IMG/VR virus record: IMGVR_UViG_3300044259_000026
Span: 1 to 64,000 of that record
From: a virus
Taxonomy: Duplodnaviria > Caudoviricetes
DNA: 64,000 nucleotides
Reading direction: 5' to 3' (one strand)
The notes below the pieces were generated by a model that saw only the letters and a list, made by a program, of their open reading frames with translations, was not told where the DNA came from and searched no databases. A program made the position numbers and the translations under genes. Of this stretch, positions 46,702 through 55,818 are shown piece by piece; position 1 is the stretch's first letter, and every line of letters starts with the position of its first letter.

Positions 46702-46896
46702 TTAGGCCAGCATGGCACCGACTTCGGTCAGACGCGAGCTGATGGCTTGAATGCCCTCAGCGACCGGGATTTCTTCCCCGGAACGCATGGTGACGATGGT
46801 GTCACCGTCCGAGCCGATCACCGAGGAGATGTCGTCGACGTTGAACAGGGAGGATTTGCCGGTAGCGTTGTTCTTCAGTTTGATGAATTGCGACAT
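46702..46896 (-). CDS. Small protein, FlbD-like fold possible
   Basis: MSQFIKL...LFNVDDISSV...DTIVTMRSGEEIPVAE; GGAG RBS. Confidence 0.6.
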   Translation of the reverse strand: MSQFIKLKNNATGKSSLFNVDDISSVIGSDGDTIVTMRSGEEIPVAEGIQAISSRLTEVGAMLA

Positions 46897-46942
46897 TGTC
46901 TTACTCCAGTTGGTTAAGGGCGTCTTGCCCCCAGAAAAAGAT

Positions 46943-47185
46943 TTATGGGCAGCAGCGAGGACTGCCACCACAGTAGTACTTGTTCCCCTCGTAATTGACG
47001 GGGCCACGTCTCCCACAGCCACAGGTGGCTTGCACTTGGAAGATCCCATCTGCAAAGCAGATATCTTCCTTTCCACCCTCTGCACATGCTCCGCAGACCA
47101 ACTCATAAGCCGGATCGAGGATCATCCAGCTATTTGGTTCGCCGCAGCACATGCAGGTTGCTTGGATAGTTTGTTCAGTAGTCAC
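46943..47185 (-). CDS. Cys-rich putative Zn-binding protein
   Basis: GTG start coupled to the upstream gene; CMCC, CGAC, CGC, C..CC. Confidence 0.55.
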   Translation of the reverse strand: MTTEQTIQATCMCCGEPNSWMILDPAYELVCGACAEGGKEDICFADGIFQVQATCGCGRRGPVNYEGNKYYCGGSPRCCP

Positions 47186-47351
47186 TGCGCTTATCCCAGT
47201 GAGGGTTGTAGTGGACCATTGTGCTGGGAGAAGGTTGAACACCATTCTCCCGGCACAGTCTGGTCGCCTCGGCCATGGACCCTTTACGGGCAGCACAGCG
47301 GTAGACCCGCTGTTGCCAGTTCCGATTACTGATCCGTACCACTACGCTCAT
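47175..47351 (-). CDS. Small hypothetical protein (58 aa), not in the ORF track
   Basis: MSVVVRISNRNWQQRVYRC...DKRSDY; ATGA overlap with the dcd stop. Confidence 0.5.
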   Translation of the reverse strand: MSVVVRISNRNWQQRVYRCAARKGSMAEATRLCRENGVQPSPSTMVHYNPHWDKRSDY

Positions 47352-47800
47352 ACCGACTCCTTGGCCCGAACTGGTCGGTTTCCTTGGTTCTGGTATTTAC
47401 CATCGTAGCAAGCCTCTTCTGCGATTTTCTCGAAGATGACTTGGGCAATCCCACTACCGGCTTTGATCTTACGGGGCCAGAACCCCGAATAACGCAGCTC
47501 GATAGTCAGAAAGCCTTTCCACCCGGGCTCGATGTTGGTGGTCATGCTCGCGTCAATACCACGGCGTGCCCACGTCGATTTGTTCAACACCCGCCCCATC
47601 ACTGTGGTGGGCATATTGAATTCCTCAACGGAGGACGCCAACACGAAGCGACGACCCCAGAACATCCAGACATCTTGCTTGATGCGGATGTCATAGCCAC
47701 ACTCAGTCAGGCCCCACGAGGTGCCATGAGTGGTTTGTTTGGTTCTGACCATGTTCTTGATCGGGGCCAGCTTGAGCAGTCCCAGCTTATTGATGATCAT
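47348..47800 (-). CDS. dcd: dCTP deaminase (N4 gp26-like)
   Basis: GYDIR, NKSTWARRG, IEPGWKGFLTIEL, YDGKYQNQ. Confidence 0.92.
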   Translation of the reverse strand: MIINKLGLLKLAPIKNMVRTKQTTHGTSWGLTECGYDIRIKQDVWMFWGRRFVLASSVEEFNMPTTVMGRVLNKSTWARRGIDASMTTNIEPGWKGFLTIELRYSGFWPRKIKAGSGIAQVIFEKIAEEACYDGKYQNQGNRPVRAKESV

Positions 47801-47804
47801 TGGT

Positions 47805-48962
47805 TCAGCTCTTGATGTGAATTATGGTTCCGAACGGGACCGATCGATTGCGAGCATTCACGCCAATCCAGATAACTGGGGTTGGTGTTTCCAGCGGGTG
47901 CATCGGCGGGCAGTCCATATCCGAGAAGATGACGGCAGCAGTTGGCTTGAGCTTGTCAATCTCACGACGGACGCACTCAAAGGACGTACCCCCACGACCA
48001 GTGATGACCAGTTTCTCAAAAGGCTCATCTTCTTCGAAGACAAACGTCTCTTGAATCTTGGTATCGAACAGGCACAGGGTGAGCGTCTTAGGATTCAGCA
48101 CATCTTTGATGTACTTGATCTCGCTGTTGCATCGAACAACATCCGCATCAGAGACAGAGCCCGACACATCGATGAAGTAGGCCAGGTGTTCCAGCCTACC
48201 CTCACCGGGTTCCTGAGACGGCATGTACATGTCAGAGTAGCGACGGTTAGGTCGTCTCCAAGTGTACTCGTCATCATCCACAAGATCGGTCATGAACTTC
48301 ATGAGCAAGGTTTCCCACGGCACAATCGACTCAAGGAACTTGTCGAGAGTGGTCTTGGTGATACCGGGTATTTGCCCGGCACCGCCAGCCATGGTGGCTT
48401 GCTGAACAGCCCGCACCACGTTGCTGACAACAGCCTGCTTAGTGGCATCGGATGGGTTGTCACCCATGTCGCCGTCACCGGGTTGACCGGGTACACCTCC
48501 CCCCAGTCCGGTAGGGGGCTTCAGGCCTTTGGCTTCCAGCAGGTTGTAGATATCCTCTTCAACCATGATGCCGTTAGCATCCACCTCAGGCATGATCCAA
48601 CCGCTCTCGATACCCTTAAACGATTCGCCCTCACGTTTGAGGTCATTGTTAATCCGGATATCGCAAGCCCAGTTCCAGATCTCTGGATCCCGAGTGCCAC
48701 GCCGGATCATATGCAATCGCCCCGGGTGCCACAGTTCATGCTTCAGGATGGTCACCCGAGCTTCTGGAAGGAGGCTCATGAACCAGTGAGGGTTCCACCA
48801 GAGGGTCAGACCATCAGTACCAGCGGTTTTTACTTCTTCGGTCCAGACAAAGGTTAGGGTACACATGATCGAACCGAGGAAAGCAGAGTTGCTACCAAGG
48901 AAGACCTTGGCCATGGTTTTGTCCAGCTCACGCTGGAGTAACTGGGGGTCTAATTCAGTCAC
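47805..48962 (-). CDS. Metallopeptidase-like plus VWA protein (N4 gp25-like)
   Basis: TAGTDG, HELWH, WACDIRIN, IDVSGSV MIDAS, GRGGTSF. Confidence 0.88.
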   Translation of the reverse strand: MTELDPQLLQRELDKTMAKVFLGSNSAFLGSIMCTLTFVWTEEVKTAGTDGLTLWWNPHWFMSLLPEARVTILKHELWHPGRLHMIRRGTRDPEIWNWACDIRINNDLKREGESFKGIESGWIMPEVDANGIMVEEDIYNLLEAKGLKPPTGLGGGVPGQPGDGDMGDNPSDATKQAVVSNVVRAVQQATMAGGAGQIPGITKTTLDKFLESIVPWETLLMKFMTDLVDDDEYTWRRPNRRYSDMYMPSQEPGEGRLEHLAYFIDVSGSVSDADVVRCNSEIKYIKDVLNPKTLTLCLFDTKIQETFVFEEDEPFEKLVITGRGGTSFECVRREIDKLKPTAAVIFSDMDCPPMHPLETPTPVIWIGVNARNRSVPFGTIIHIKS

Positions 48963-49317
48963 GGTAAACCTCTTCTTTCTGGATTGGCTCCCCGATAAGC
49001 CCTAGGAGCATGTTTTGAACAGCCTCCAGCTTCATTTGGGATTGTCCACGGACAAAGATGTACATCCTTTCTACTACCAAAGGGATACTTTCCCGGTCCC
49101 GGACCCATGCACGGACGATATGCGTGGCAGAGGATTCTGCCACGGTCTCGATCTTGCCCAACTTATCCAATGAGATTCGTCGGTTGCTGGCAGTGATTAC
49201 CGATGCTTGGGTGTATCTGGCAGGGACCACTACTACAGTAACTCTCGGAGGGTTTCCCGGTTTTCCCGGCTGGAATAGCACACGGAAAATTTCGTTCGGA
49301 AAGTTGGGCTTTTGCAT
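48955..49317 (-). CDS. Hypothetical protein
   Basis: 120 aa between the AAA and VWA genes. Confidence 0.6.
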   Translation of the reverse strand: MQKPNFPNEIFRVLFQPGKPGNPPRVTVVVVPARYTQASVITASNRRISLDKLGKIETVAESSATHIVRAWVRDRESIPLVVERMYIFVRGQSQMKLEAVQNMLLGLIGEPIQKEEVYRD

Positions 49318-49319
49318 GT

Positions 49320-50360
49320 TTAACCTTTGAGGTATTGGGCCAGATTGCGCATTGCCCCTGCGAAAGCCGCATGGGAACGCAGGTCAGGGTGGTTGACCAT
49401 CACGGAGCGGTAGAACAGGACTTTGAAGGACATGTCGAACCGGTTGATGTATTCGGTTACAGGACCGAAGTTCTTCTCATCCACCTTTTCCATGATGGTC
49501 GAGATGGTTGCCCACTTGGTGGACACGTCCGAAGGCACCGGAGTACCCAGAGGATCCTTGAGGATCTGGGCCATGGTGACCAAGGAGGCGAACACTTTGG
49601 TGAACTGGATGAACTCGGTGGCTACACCGGAGGTGATGCAACCTGCGTACATCGGAGCATCTTCGTCCGAGACAACAGCCTCGTTACGAACCATGCGCTC
49701 CATGAATTCCCATGTCCGTGGGCAGCAGAAGGTTTTGTCCTTGTGGCTGGAGCTGAAGTCCATCAGCTTGCTTGGGAACTGGCTCAGGAAGCCAACGACC
49801 CGAGGATCGTATTTCTGCTTCAAGGCGACATCGTACAGCCACTCGTCGAAGTCGATCACCATTTCCAGATGAACGACACGCGACTGCATGGCCGTCGAGA
49901 GAGCATTGACGATGGCCTTGTCGGTGGACAGGTTACCGGCACAGACGATGATGACGTTGTCATGCAGCTTGTGCTGACCGACCATGCGGTCGAGGATCAG
50001 CTTGTACGAAGCGGCCTGAACCTGCTTGCTGGCCGAGTTGAACTCATCCAAGAACAGCAGCCAGCCGTCCTTGCCCGGTGGCAGTTCGTCACCTTGCAAG
50101 GGGAACAACTCACGGAACGGGGCGAAGGCAGCGAAGCCGTCCTTGAACCAAGGCAGACCGGTCATGTCCGTTGGTTCCGAGGTGGACAGACGGTGGTCGA
50201 TCAGCTCCAGATTGAAGTCTTCAGCGATGCTGCGGGTGATGGACGATTTGCCCATCCCCGGAGAGGATTGCAGGAACGGGACCAGACCTGCGGTGAGGAT
50301 CTTGGTCATCATGCGTTTGGCACCACGAGGGGTGCAGCGGTGAATCATGTGGTCAGTCAT
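49320..50360 (-). CDS. AAA+ ATPase (N4 gp24-like, MoxR-type)
   Basis: SSPGMGKS, LFLDEFN, CAGN, SRVVHL, CPRTW. Confidence 0.92.
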   Translation of the reverse strand: MTDHMIHRCTPRGAKRMMTKILTAGLVPFLQSSPGMGKSSITRSIAEDFNLELIDHRLSTSEPTDMTGLPWFKDGFAAFAPFRELFPLQGDELPPGKDGWLLFLDEFNSASKQVQAASYKLILDRMVGQHKLHDNVIIVCAGNLSTDKAIVNALSTAMQSRVVHLEMVIDFDEWLYDVALKQKYDPRVVGFLSQFPSKLMDFSSSHKDKTFCCPRTWEFMERMVRNEAVVSDEDAPMYAGCITSGVATEFIQFTKVFASLVTMAQILKDPLGTPVPSDVSTKWATISTIMEKVDEKNFGPVTEYINRFDMSFKVLFYRSVMVNHPDLRSHAAFAGAMRNLAQYLKG

Positions 50361-50367
50361 AACTGCC

Positions 50368-50712
50368 TCAGCAAGAACAGGAGAAGAAGTGAGATTCCTC
50401 TACTTCATCGAGGGATTTTCCTTTCAGGACGGCGTACTTTTCCCAAAACATGGGTTCAACGCCTTGACCTTCGAAGGCACCGCCTCGGGTGATGTAATCA
50501 CCACCCCAGCGAGAATTGCTTTCAGGTTGGTGAGAGTCTGCAGTGTCCAGAAGCTCGTCCACAGTGACCTCGCTGGAGGAGTATTCCTCATCCGCACACT
50601 GGTCAGACAGGTTCTTGGCATACGCCTTGATCCATTCATAGGCCAGAGCTTGAGGATCCCCACAGATCACACGAGCTTCGTGCTCGTCTTCAGGGTAAGG
50701 AAGATGGCTCAT
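50368..50712 (-). CDS. Conserved phage protein
   Basis: C-terminal FFSCSC, typical of N4-like neighbours. Confidence 0.65.
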   Translation of the reverse strand: MSHLPYPEDEHEARVICGDPQALAYEWIKAYAKNLSDQCADEEYSSSEVTVDELLDTADSHQPESNSRWGGDYITRGGAFEGQGVEPMFWEKYAVLKGKSLDEVEESHFFSCSC

Positions 50713-51050
50713 TACTTACCCTCAGGGAAATCCGGGTGCTCCCAGACGTGACGCAGGGACTTGACCATGCGAGGGGCCATGACGAACCAGAAGGATTCAT
50801 CCTTCTTTGGGCCTCTGGGCAGGAACGGATCGACGATGCCGTGGTATGGAACTTTGACCCCGAAGATCAAGCTCCCTGTCGGATAGGCAATACCTTCGAG
50901 GATGCCGATCTTCTCACCTACAATCAGGTTGGATCCGGCTTTGACAGGATCGACAGCCAAGTGAATGGCGTCACGGGCTTCAGGCTTGAAATGGATCATG
51001 CCCAAGGTTTCGAGGGCATCGGTTGCAACGGTGCGTTTGTCTGCGGACAT
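50712..51050 (-). CDS. Conserved phage protein
   Basis: RDAIHLAV...GIVDPFL...RHVWEHPDF. Confidence 0.7.
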   Translation of the reverse strand: MSADKRTVATDALETLGMIHFKPEARDAIHLAVDPVKAGSNLIVGEKIGILEGIAYPTGSLIFGVKVPYHGIVDPFLPRGPKKDESFWFVMAPRMVKSLRHVWEHPDFPEGK

Positions 51051-51104
51051 CTTTTCTGCTCCTAAGCATCTTGAAAGGGATTTAAAACCAAAACAGCTTT
51101 ACCG

Positions 51105-51602
51105 TTACTTGAAGAGCCCGTGGCGGTCGAAGTCACGGACCACACGTTCAACATCAGAGATCCACTCTCCAACGGTGAAAGCTTCCAAGATCTCTGCTCC
51201 GTTAAAGACGAAGGACTGACCAGCATCCGTCAAGCATTCGTAAGCCGGATACTCTCCGTAAGGGTTTTCTTCACAGACAAACTCCGGAGATTTGAGAGTC
51301 TTTACTTTGATGATGTGGGCATTGCCCGTACGACGACCGTCTTTGGTACACAACTGGGCGCCGGGGAGCATTTCATACCCCCAATTTCGGTCCTTAGCCC
51401 ATTCAGGGATAGGCCCACAAGATTGCTGGAATTCGTACATCGCACGCTTGGCTGCGACTACGCTTGGCTCGGAAGCGGCGTCTTTACAGCCTGCATCTTC
51501 GAGGAGCCCTTCGTAGTTTTCCATGATGTTGCGAAGAGCCAGATAGAGCTTGGTGTCGAGGTTCTGGAAGTCGAACTTCTCACCCGGTTCAGGTGTGTAC
51601 AT
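51105..51602 (-). CDS. Conserved phage protein
   Basis: GAQLCTKDGRRTGNAHI motif; GGAG RBS. Confidence 0.65.
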   Translation of the reverse strand: MYTPEPGEKFDFQNLDTKLYLALRNIMENYEGLLEDAGCKDAASEPSVVAAKRAMYEFQQSCGPIPEWAKDRNWGYEMLPGAQLCTKDGRRTGNAHIIKVKTLKSPEFVCEENPYGEYPAYECLTDAGQSFVFNGAEILEAFTVGEWISDVERVVRDFDRHGLFK

Positions 51603-51665
51603 AGTGGAACTCCTTGAGAATTTAGGGAGGGGAACAACCCCCAGCAAAAGCTGAGGGTTGTCTTA

Positions 51666-51848
51666 CTACTCTGAGGTCGCAGCCTTGAGGGCACCGAACA
51701 GCTTCATTCGGTTGGTTCGATCTTGGGGATCTTCCCGGTCCAACTCATCGGCATGCAGCGGGTTCTGCATGAGGGTTTGCAGCCACATGGCTTCCTCATG
51801 GGTCAGTTCCAGCTTGTAGACCACGGTCGTGTTTTTGATAACTTTCAT
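51666..51848 (-). CDS. Hypothetical protein
   Basis: Start MKVIK; LELTHEEAMWLQTLMQNP. Confidence 0.55.
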   Translation of the reverse strand: MKVIKNTTVVYKLELTHEEAMWLQTLMQNPLHADELDREDPQDRTNRMKLFGALKAATSE

Positions 51849-51849
51849 G

Positions 51850-52131
51850 CTACTCACCTGCGGAAGGGGCACCTTGATAGGGCCGAGTTTCAGGATATTG
51901 GTCGGTGAGGTCGGAGAACATCGAACCGAATCTCCAACTCATAAAGCCCGGACTCATGTCCTGTACTACTTCCACCAGACGACCTACGTCCTCCGGTTCA
52001 AAGGTGTAGTCGTACTGCCCCAAGTACATCTCTTGGGTAACCCCCACATCTTCTGCCTCAACGAGGAAGGCAATGCGGGAGGAATCGATGGGGTCTGTCA
52101 CATAGCGACGACCGTTGTTCAACTGCTTCAT
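51850..52131 (-). CDS. Hypothetical protein
   Basis: 93 aa, operon packing. Confidence 0.55.
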   Translation of the reverse strand: MKQLNNGRRYVTDPIDSSRIAFLVEAEDVGVTQEMYLGQYDYTFEPEDVGRLVEVVQDMSPGFMSWRFGSMFSDLTDQYPETRPYQGAPSAGE

Positions 52132-52511
52132 TACTTACCTTCCCAACAGTCGAGGCATACAGCTCCACGGATCGGCCCGCCCATACCACGGATGATTTTA
52201 TGGCAATTTGTACAGGACACGATTGCGGCGGTGGCGATCATACCTTCCTTGATTGGGTAGATAGCCTTGCCATCTACTCGATAGCCGAGAGCCTTTGGCT
52301 CGTTTGCTTCCTTTTTAGCATCCCGTGCTTGGTGGTCAGTCCACCATTGGGTAAGACCCGAGATCTCCTTACCCAAAACCAAACGGTTTTCTGGACTGAT
52401 CCGCTTCATCACAGCACACAGCATCTCTGCTACAGGGCTGTTGTGGGTGAAGCTTTCCAGAGCTTCTGCTCGGACGTTTTCCGAACTGTCACGCGGGTCA
52501 TAGCAAGGCAT
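52131..52511 (-). CDS. Hypothetical protein with C-terminal Zn ribbon
   Basis: MPCYDP start; CTNC...CLDC. Confidence 0.6.
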   Translation of the reverse strand: MPCYDPRDSSENVRAEALESFTHNSPVAEMLCAVMKRISPENRLVLGKEISGLTQWWTDHQARDAKKEANEPKALGYRVDGKAIYPIKEGMIATAAIVSCTNCHKIIRGMGGPIRGAVCLDCWEGK

Positions 52512-52861
52512 TATTGATTCTCCTTGGCTCGCTGTGCTCGGAGCCGTTGGTTGCGCAGATGGCTGACCATCTCCAGATGGTAAGGATTGCAGCACAGGCG
52601 CTGATTGCACTTGTGATCGATTTGCTTCTTGCCGGGTACATACCCAAAGAAATGGGTATAAACGACAATGTGGGTGGCTACCGTCTGTCCATTCAGAGAC
52701 ATACGTCCATAGCCACCACCACGACCTTGGCCAGAGTCAGCACCAGTCCAGATATGGCATGGGGTGTCATAACCCCGATCCTCCACGACAACACGTTCAT
52801 GGATGCGTAGCATGATTTCATCTCTTCGCCCCATGAGTTCGGTGGTGTCAATGTTGAGCAT
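52511..52861 (-). CDS. HNH endonuclease (N4 gp22-like)
   Basis: CHIWTG, GYGRM, IDHKCNQRLCCNPYHLEMVSHLRN. Confidence 0.88.
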   Translation of the reverse strand: MLNIDTTELMGRRDEIMLRIHERVVVEDRGYDTPCHIWTGADSGQGRGGGYGRMSLNGQTVATHIVVYTHFFGYVPGKKQIDHKCNQRLCCNPYHLEMVSHLRNQRLRAQRAKENQ

Positions 52862-53060
52862 TGCCGTCACGGCCAACCTCCACACGCTGGTCGAGGTCTA
52901 CGAACCAACGCTCCAGACGGCCAGTGTTGTCTACAACAACCCAAGCACCAGAATCGTCGATGTACTGGAAGTGGTGGTCACCCTTCTCGGAGTGAGTCAG
53001 GGTGTCGCCACGGGTGAGCTTTCCTTCCTCGTAAAGCTCTTTGAGGATGACGTGTGTCAC
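52848..53060 (-). CDS. Hypothetical protein
   Basis: GTG start with GGAG RBS. Confidence 0.5.
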   Translation of the reverse strand: MTHVILKELYEEGKLTRGDTLTHSEKGDHHFQYIDDSGAWVVVDNTGRLERWFVDLDQRVEVGRDGNAQH

Positions 53061-53073
53061 TTTCCTATCTCCT

Positions 53074-53104
53074 AAAAGCAGAAACCCCTGCACTAGGCAG
53101 GGGT
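53074..53104 (-). terminator. Terminator
   Basis: ACCCCTGC-ACTAG-GCAGGGGT. Confidence 0.7.
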
Positions 53105-53286
53105 CTGTGTTTGATTAAACCCAAACAAATCTAGCTTTGGGCTGGCGCTGCAATTTGTGGTGGAGCAATGGAAGCTGCCCAAGCCTGTACGAATTCGACA
53201 ATGGCCTTCTGTCCAGCCTCTGTCTCCATGAATGCCGGTAGCTCCTTGATCCGGCATGTGAAGATCACCTTCCCGCAGTAACCCCA

Positions 53287-53319
53287 GAAAAAAGAAGCCC
53301 TCCATAAGGAGGGCTTTTT
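53287..53319. terminator. Bidirectional terminator
   Basis: AAGCCCTCC-ATAA-GGAGGGCTTTTT. Confidence 0.85.
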
Positions 53320-53321
53320 CG

Positions 53322-53816
53322 TTACGAGGTAACTTTCGGGGTTACCGTCACCTTGGCCCATCGCCACAGGTGAGGAGCCGACAGGGACGTGACGCGAACA
53401 CGGGTTTCACCACGAGCCAGACCGCTGACTGCACCGTCGTGATCCACACGAGCAATCTTCTCGTTCTCGATGAAGTAGAGCATGCGGCTGTCACTGACAG
53501 CAGTTGGGGTGATGGTGCCTACTAGAGTCTTGGTCTCACCCTCTTTGACCGAAATGTCGTTGATGGTCATGGAAGTAGGGACTACCAGCCCCGGCCACGA
53601 GATCTTGATGCCTTGCATGTCTTCGACTTTCTGCGCGTACAGCTTTTCCTGAACGTGCTGGTAGATGACATGGCTGCCCATGTTGCGGGAAATGGCATCG
53701 GTGAGATCCGGGTGATCGAACGTGCCGATCAGAGTAAAACCTCCCGGGGTAGCTGCTGCAGCAGCCGCGACTTGTACTTCACGGGTGGAAGCTTTCCAGA
53801 ATACTTTGTATTGCAT
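53322..53816 (-). CDS. Capsid-decoration-like protein with one Ig-like (Big_2) domain (N4 gp17 position)
   Basis: GTFDHP...VIYQHV N-domain; C-terminal SVKEGETKTL...PTAVSD...IARVDHDGAVSGLARGETRVRV. Confidence 0.75.
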   Translation of the reverse strand: MQYKVFWKASTREVQVAAAAAATPGGFTLIGTFDHPDLTDAISRNMGSHVIYQHVQEKLYAQKVEDMQGIKISWPGLVVPTSMTINDISVKEGETKTLVGTITPTAVSDSRMLYFIENEKIARVDHDGAVSGLARGETRVRVTSLSAPHLWRWAKVTVTPKVTS

Positions 53817-53827
53817 TGGATTGACCT

Positions 53828-53860
53828 CAAAAAATAAAGGGACACTCCTAAGAGTGTCCC
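53828..53860 (-). terminator. Terminator after RNAPII
   Basis: GGGACACTC-CTAA-GAGTGTCCC next to an A run. Confidence 0.85.
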
Positions 53861-53867
53861 AAGTTTA

Positions 53868-55070
53868 TCAGCAGAGTGCGTAATCAGCTTCCAGAATCTG
53901 ATCGATCATGGTCGGGTCCAGTTTGCCGATCTCCACTTCTTGTCCCATGAGCTGAGACAAGATGCTCGACAGCAAGTTCGACTTGGCAATCAGATGCAGT
54001 TGCAGGTTGTACTGCTTACGCAGGTCGTTGCCGTAGTTAGGCAGGCAACGGAAGCAATCGTGAATCGAGATCACTTCGAACGGCTTTTCAGGCAGAGAGT
54101 CGATCAACTCACGCACTACGTCTTCATTCACCAGATGCACGTTCTCCGAGGCGAGGTGGTCCAGAATACGAGCAGACAGGTAGCCAGTCTTCTCGTAGTG
54201 GTTCCACAGGACACGAACCATGACAGCATTTTCATCCTCTGCATCGTAGTCCTCGGTTGCCGGGTAGGCGAATGCATTGAGGATGCGGATGATGGCAGCT
54301 CGGTCGTACATGCAACGGCGGGCCATTTCACGGACGATCATACCGTCGATGCTGTGAGTGGTATTGGCTCCCAGCGAACGGCCTTTTTCGGTTGGACGGT
54401 TGATCTGAGTGGTGATGTCGAACGGCATGCCGTCGAAATGCACAGTCTCAACTTCTGGCCCCATGACCTTGGTACGTACATGCCAGTTGTCTGGCAGTAC
54501 CCAGTTGTAGACCAGAGCCTCAGGGTTCCAGATCTGGAGGTAGAACTGGTTGAGGTCCCATGCACCCGGGCAGTGCAGCTGCATCATCTCGTAGAAGGTA
54601 TACAGCAGGATCCCTTCACCGAATACTTTCTTTGGTTCAGCTTCGGAGCCGTAGAGCGAGGTCATGATTGCAGTCTTGGTCTTCGACCGATCGATCTTGG
54701 CGCCTTCACCCAGCTTGTCTGCCATGAACTGGTAGATGGAGGTGTAGGCGTCTTCACGACGGCCAGTGCTGACTACGTTGCACAGCTCAGCCGAGCTACG
54801 GTCACAGGTCAATGCAGCAAGGATCTGCAAGCCAGAGCACGTAGCGTCCAGCGAGATCGGGTAACCCGAAGCCTTGCCAGCTTTGACATCTTCCCAAGCT
54901 TGAACGCCTGCGAAGAACAGGGCAGGTTCCTTGGCCTGAGGCAGCATGTCCATAAGCTCATGCTCGTGGTCGTTGAACCACTGTTGGCGGACAGACCACT
55001 CTTTGTTGTCCAGACCGAACGATGCTGCGATGTCCATTTGCAGGTAGGCTTTACCGGTGAACAGTTCCAT
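53868..55070 (-). CDS. RNA polymerase II subunit 2 (N4 gp16-like)
   Basis: SLDATCSGLQIL, KTAIMTSLYGS, ANTTHSIDG, IHDCF. Confidence 0.95.
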   Translation of the reverse strand: MELFTGKAYLQMDIAASFGLDNKEWSVRQQWFNDHEHELMDMLPQAKEPALFFAGVQAWEDVKAGKASGYPISLDATCSGLQILAALTCDRSSAELCNVVSTGRREDAYTSIYQFMADKLGEGAKIDRSKTKTAIMTSLYGSEAEPKKVFGEGILLYTFYEMMQLHCPGAWDLNQFYLQIWNPEALVYNWVLPDNWHVRTKVMGPEVETVHFDGMPFDITTQINRPTEKGRSLGANTTHSIDGMIVREMARRCMYDRAAIIRILNAFAYPATEDYDAEDENAVMVRVLWNHYEKTGYLSARILDHLASENVHLVNEDVVRELIDSLPEKPFEVISIHDCFRCLPNYGNDLRKQYNLQLHLIAKSNLLSSILSQLMGQEVEIGKLDPTMIDQILEADYALC

Positions 55071-55111
55071 GCGTCTTACTCCTAATGTGAGTTGCTTATT
55101 TGGAAAGGGGA

Positions 55112-55618
55112 TTATTCAGTTGGGTTGTAGAACCAGTGATACCACTTCCACTTCTTAGGTGGGTCCAGGTCGCAGCGGGCATCCATGGCAGCACGCTCGT
55201 CTGCCAAGCGTACTGCTTTATTGGTGTAATCTTCTCGCTGTTCCCATAGTTGAGTGAAACCTTCTCTGGAGTACTCTCCAGTACGCACTTTCATCATGTC
55301 TGTATTGAATCGATGCTCTCCTTTGTTGTCTTCAGAGAACAGATGCTTCCAGCGCTCCAGTTGCTCGTCATAGAAGGACGGATACCACTCTTCTATCCGT
55401 GCAAGCTCTAGTGCTTTATAGGCCTGATTGATCGCATTTTGCTTATCCTCCGAGTTGTATCGGGAGATGGACAACTTCCCCTCATTGGTTCGGGTAGTTA
55501 GCTCAGCTTCCCAGTAATCTGGACCATCTCCTCGAACTGTACGCCTCAGGGAGATAGTCTTGTGGATGTCCACTGGGGAAATCAATTTGATGCGGATAGT
55601 TGCTTTGGCAATACTCAT
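55112..55618 (-). CDS. Hypothetical protein between the RNAPII subunit genes
   Basis: 168-aa ORF with ATGA coupling. Confidence 0.6.
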   Translation of the reverse strand: MSIAKATIRIKLISPVDIHKTISLRRTVRGDGPDYWEAELTTRTNEGKLSISRYNSEDKQNAINQAYKALELARIEEWYPSFYDEQLERWKHLFSEDNKGEHRFNTDMMKVRTGEYSREGFTQLWEQREDYTNKAVRLADERAAMDARCDLDPPKKWKWYHWFYNPTE

Positions 55619-55818
55619 TCGACCACCTCAACAGTGATTTTGACGATACGTGCTTTACTGAAGCCACCATCCATACGGTTGGATGCTAGCTTATTAGCAG
55701 ACCGGAGGTAACTCTCGGCAGTTTTGAGATCAGGCAGATTTCGTTGCCATATTTGCCACTCACGCTTGCCTGTACTTCGGTTTTTATAGAATCCTTCGAT
55801 ACCGTAAGTTACGCTCAT
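55615..55818 (-). CDS. Hypothetical protein between the RNAPII subunit genes
   Basis: 67-aa ORF with ATGA coupling. Confidence 0.6.
   Translation of the reverse strand: MSVTYGIEGFYKNRSTGKREWQIWQRNLPDLKTAESYLRSANKLASNRMDGGFSKARIVKITVEVVE

Noticed and set aside
52511-52861. HNH gene as an intron-borne or mobile homing endonuclease
   Set aside because: Free-standing, coupled to its neighbours and at the conserved N4 gp22 position; no interrupted gene flanks it
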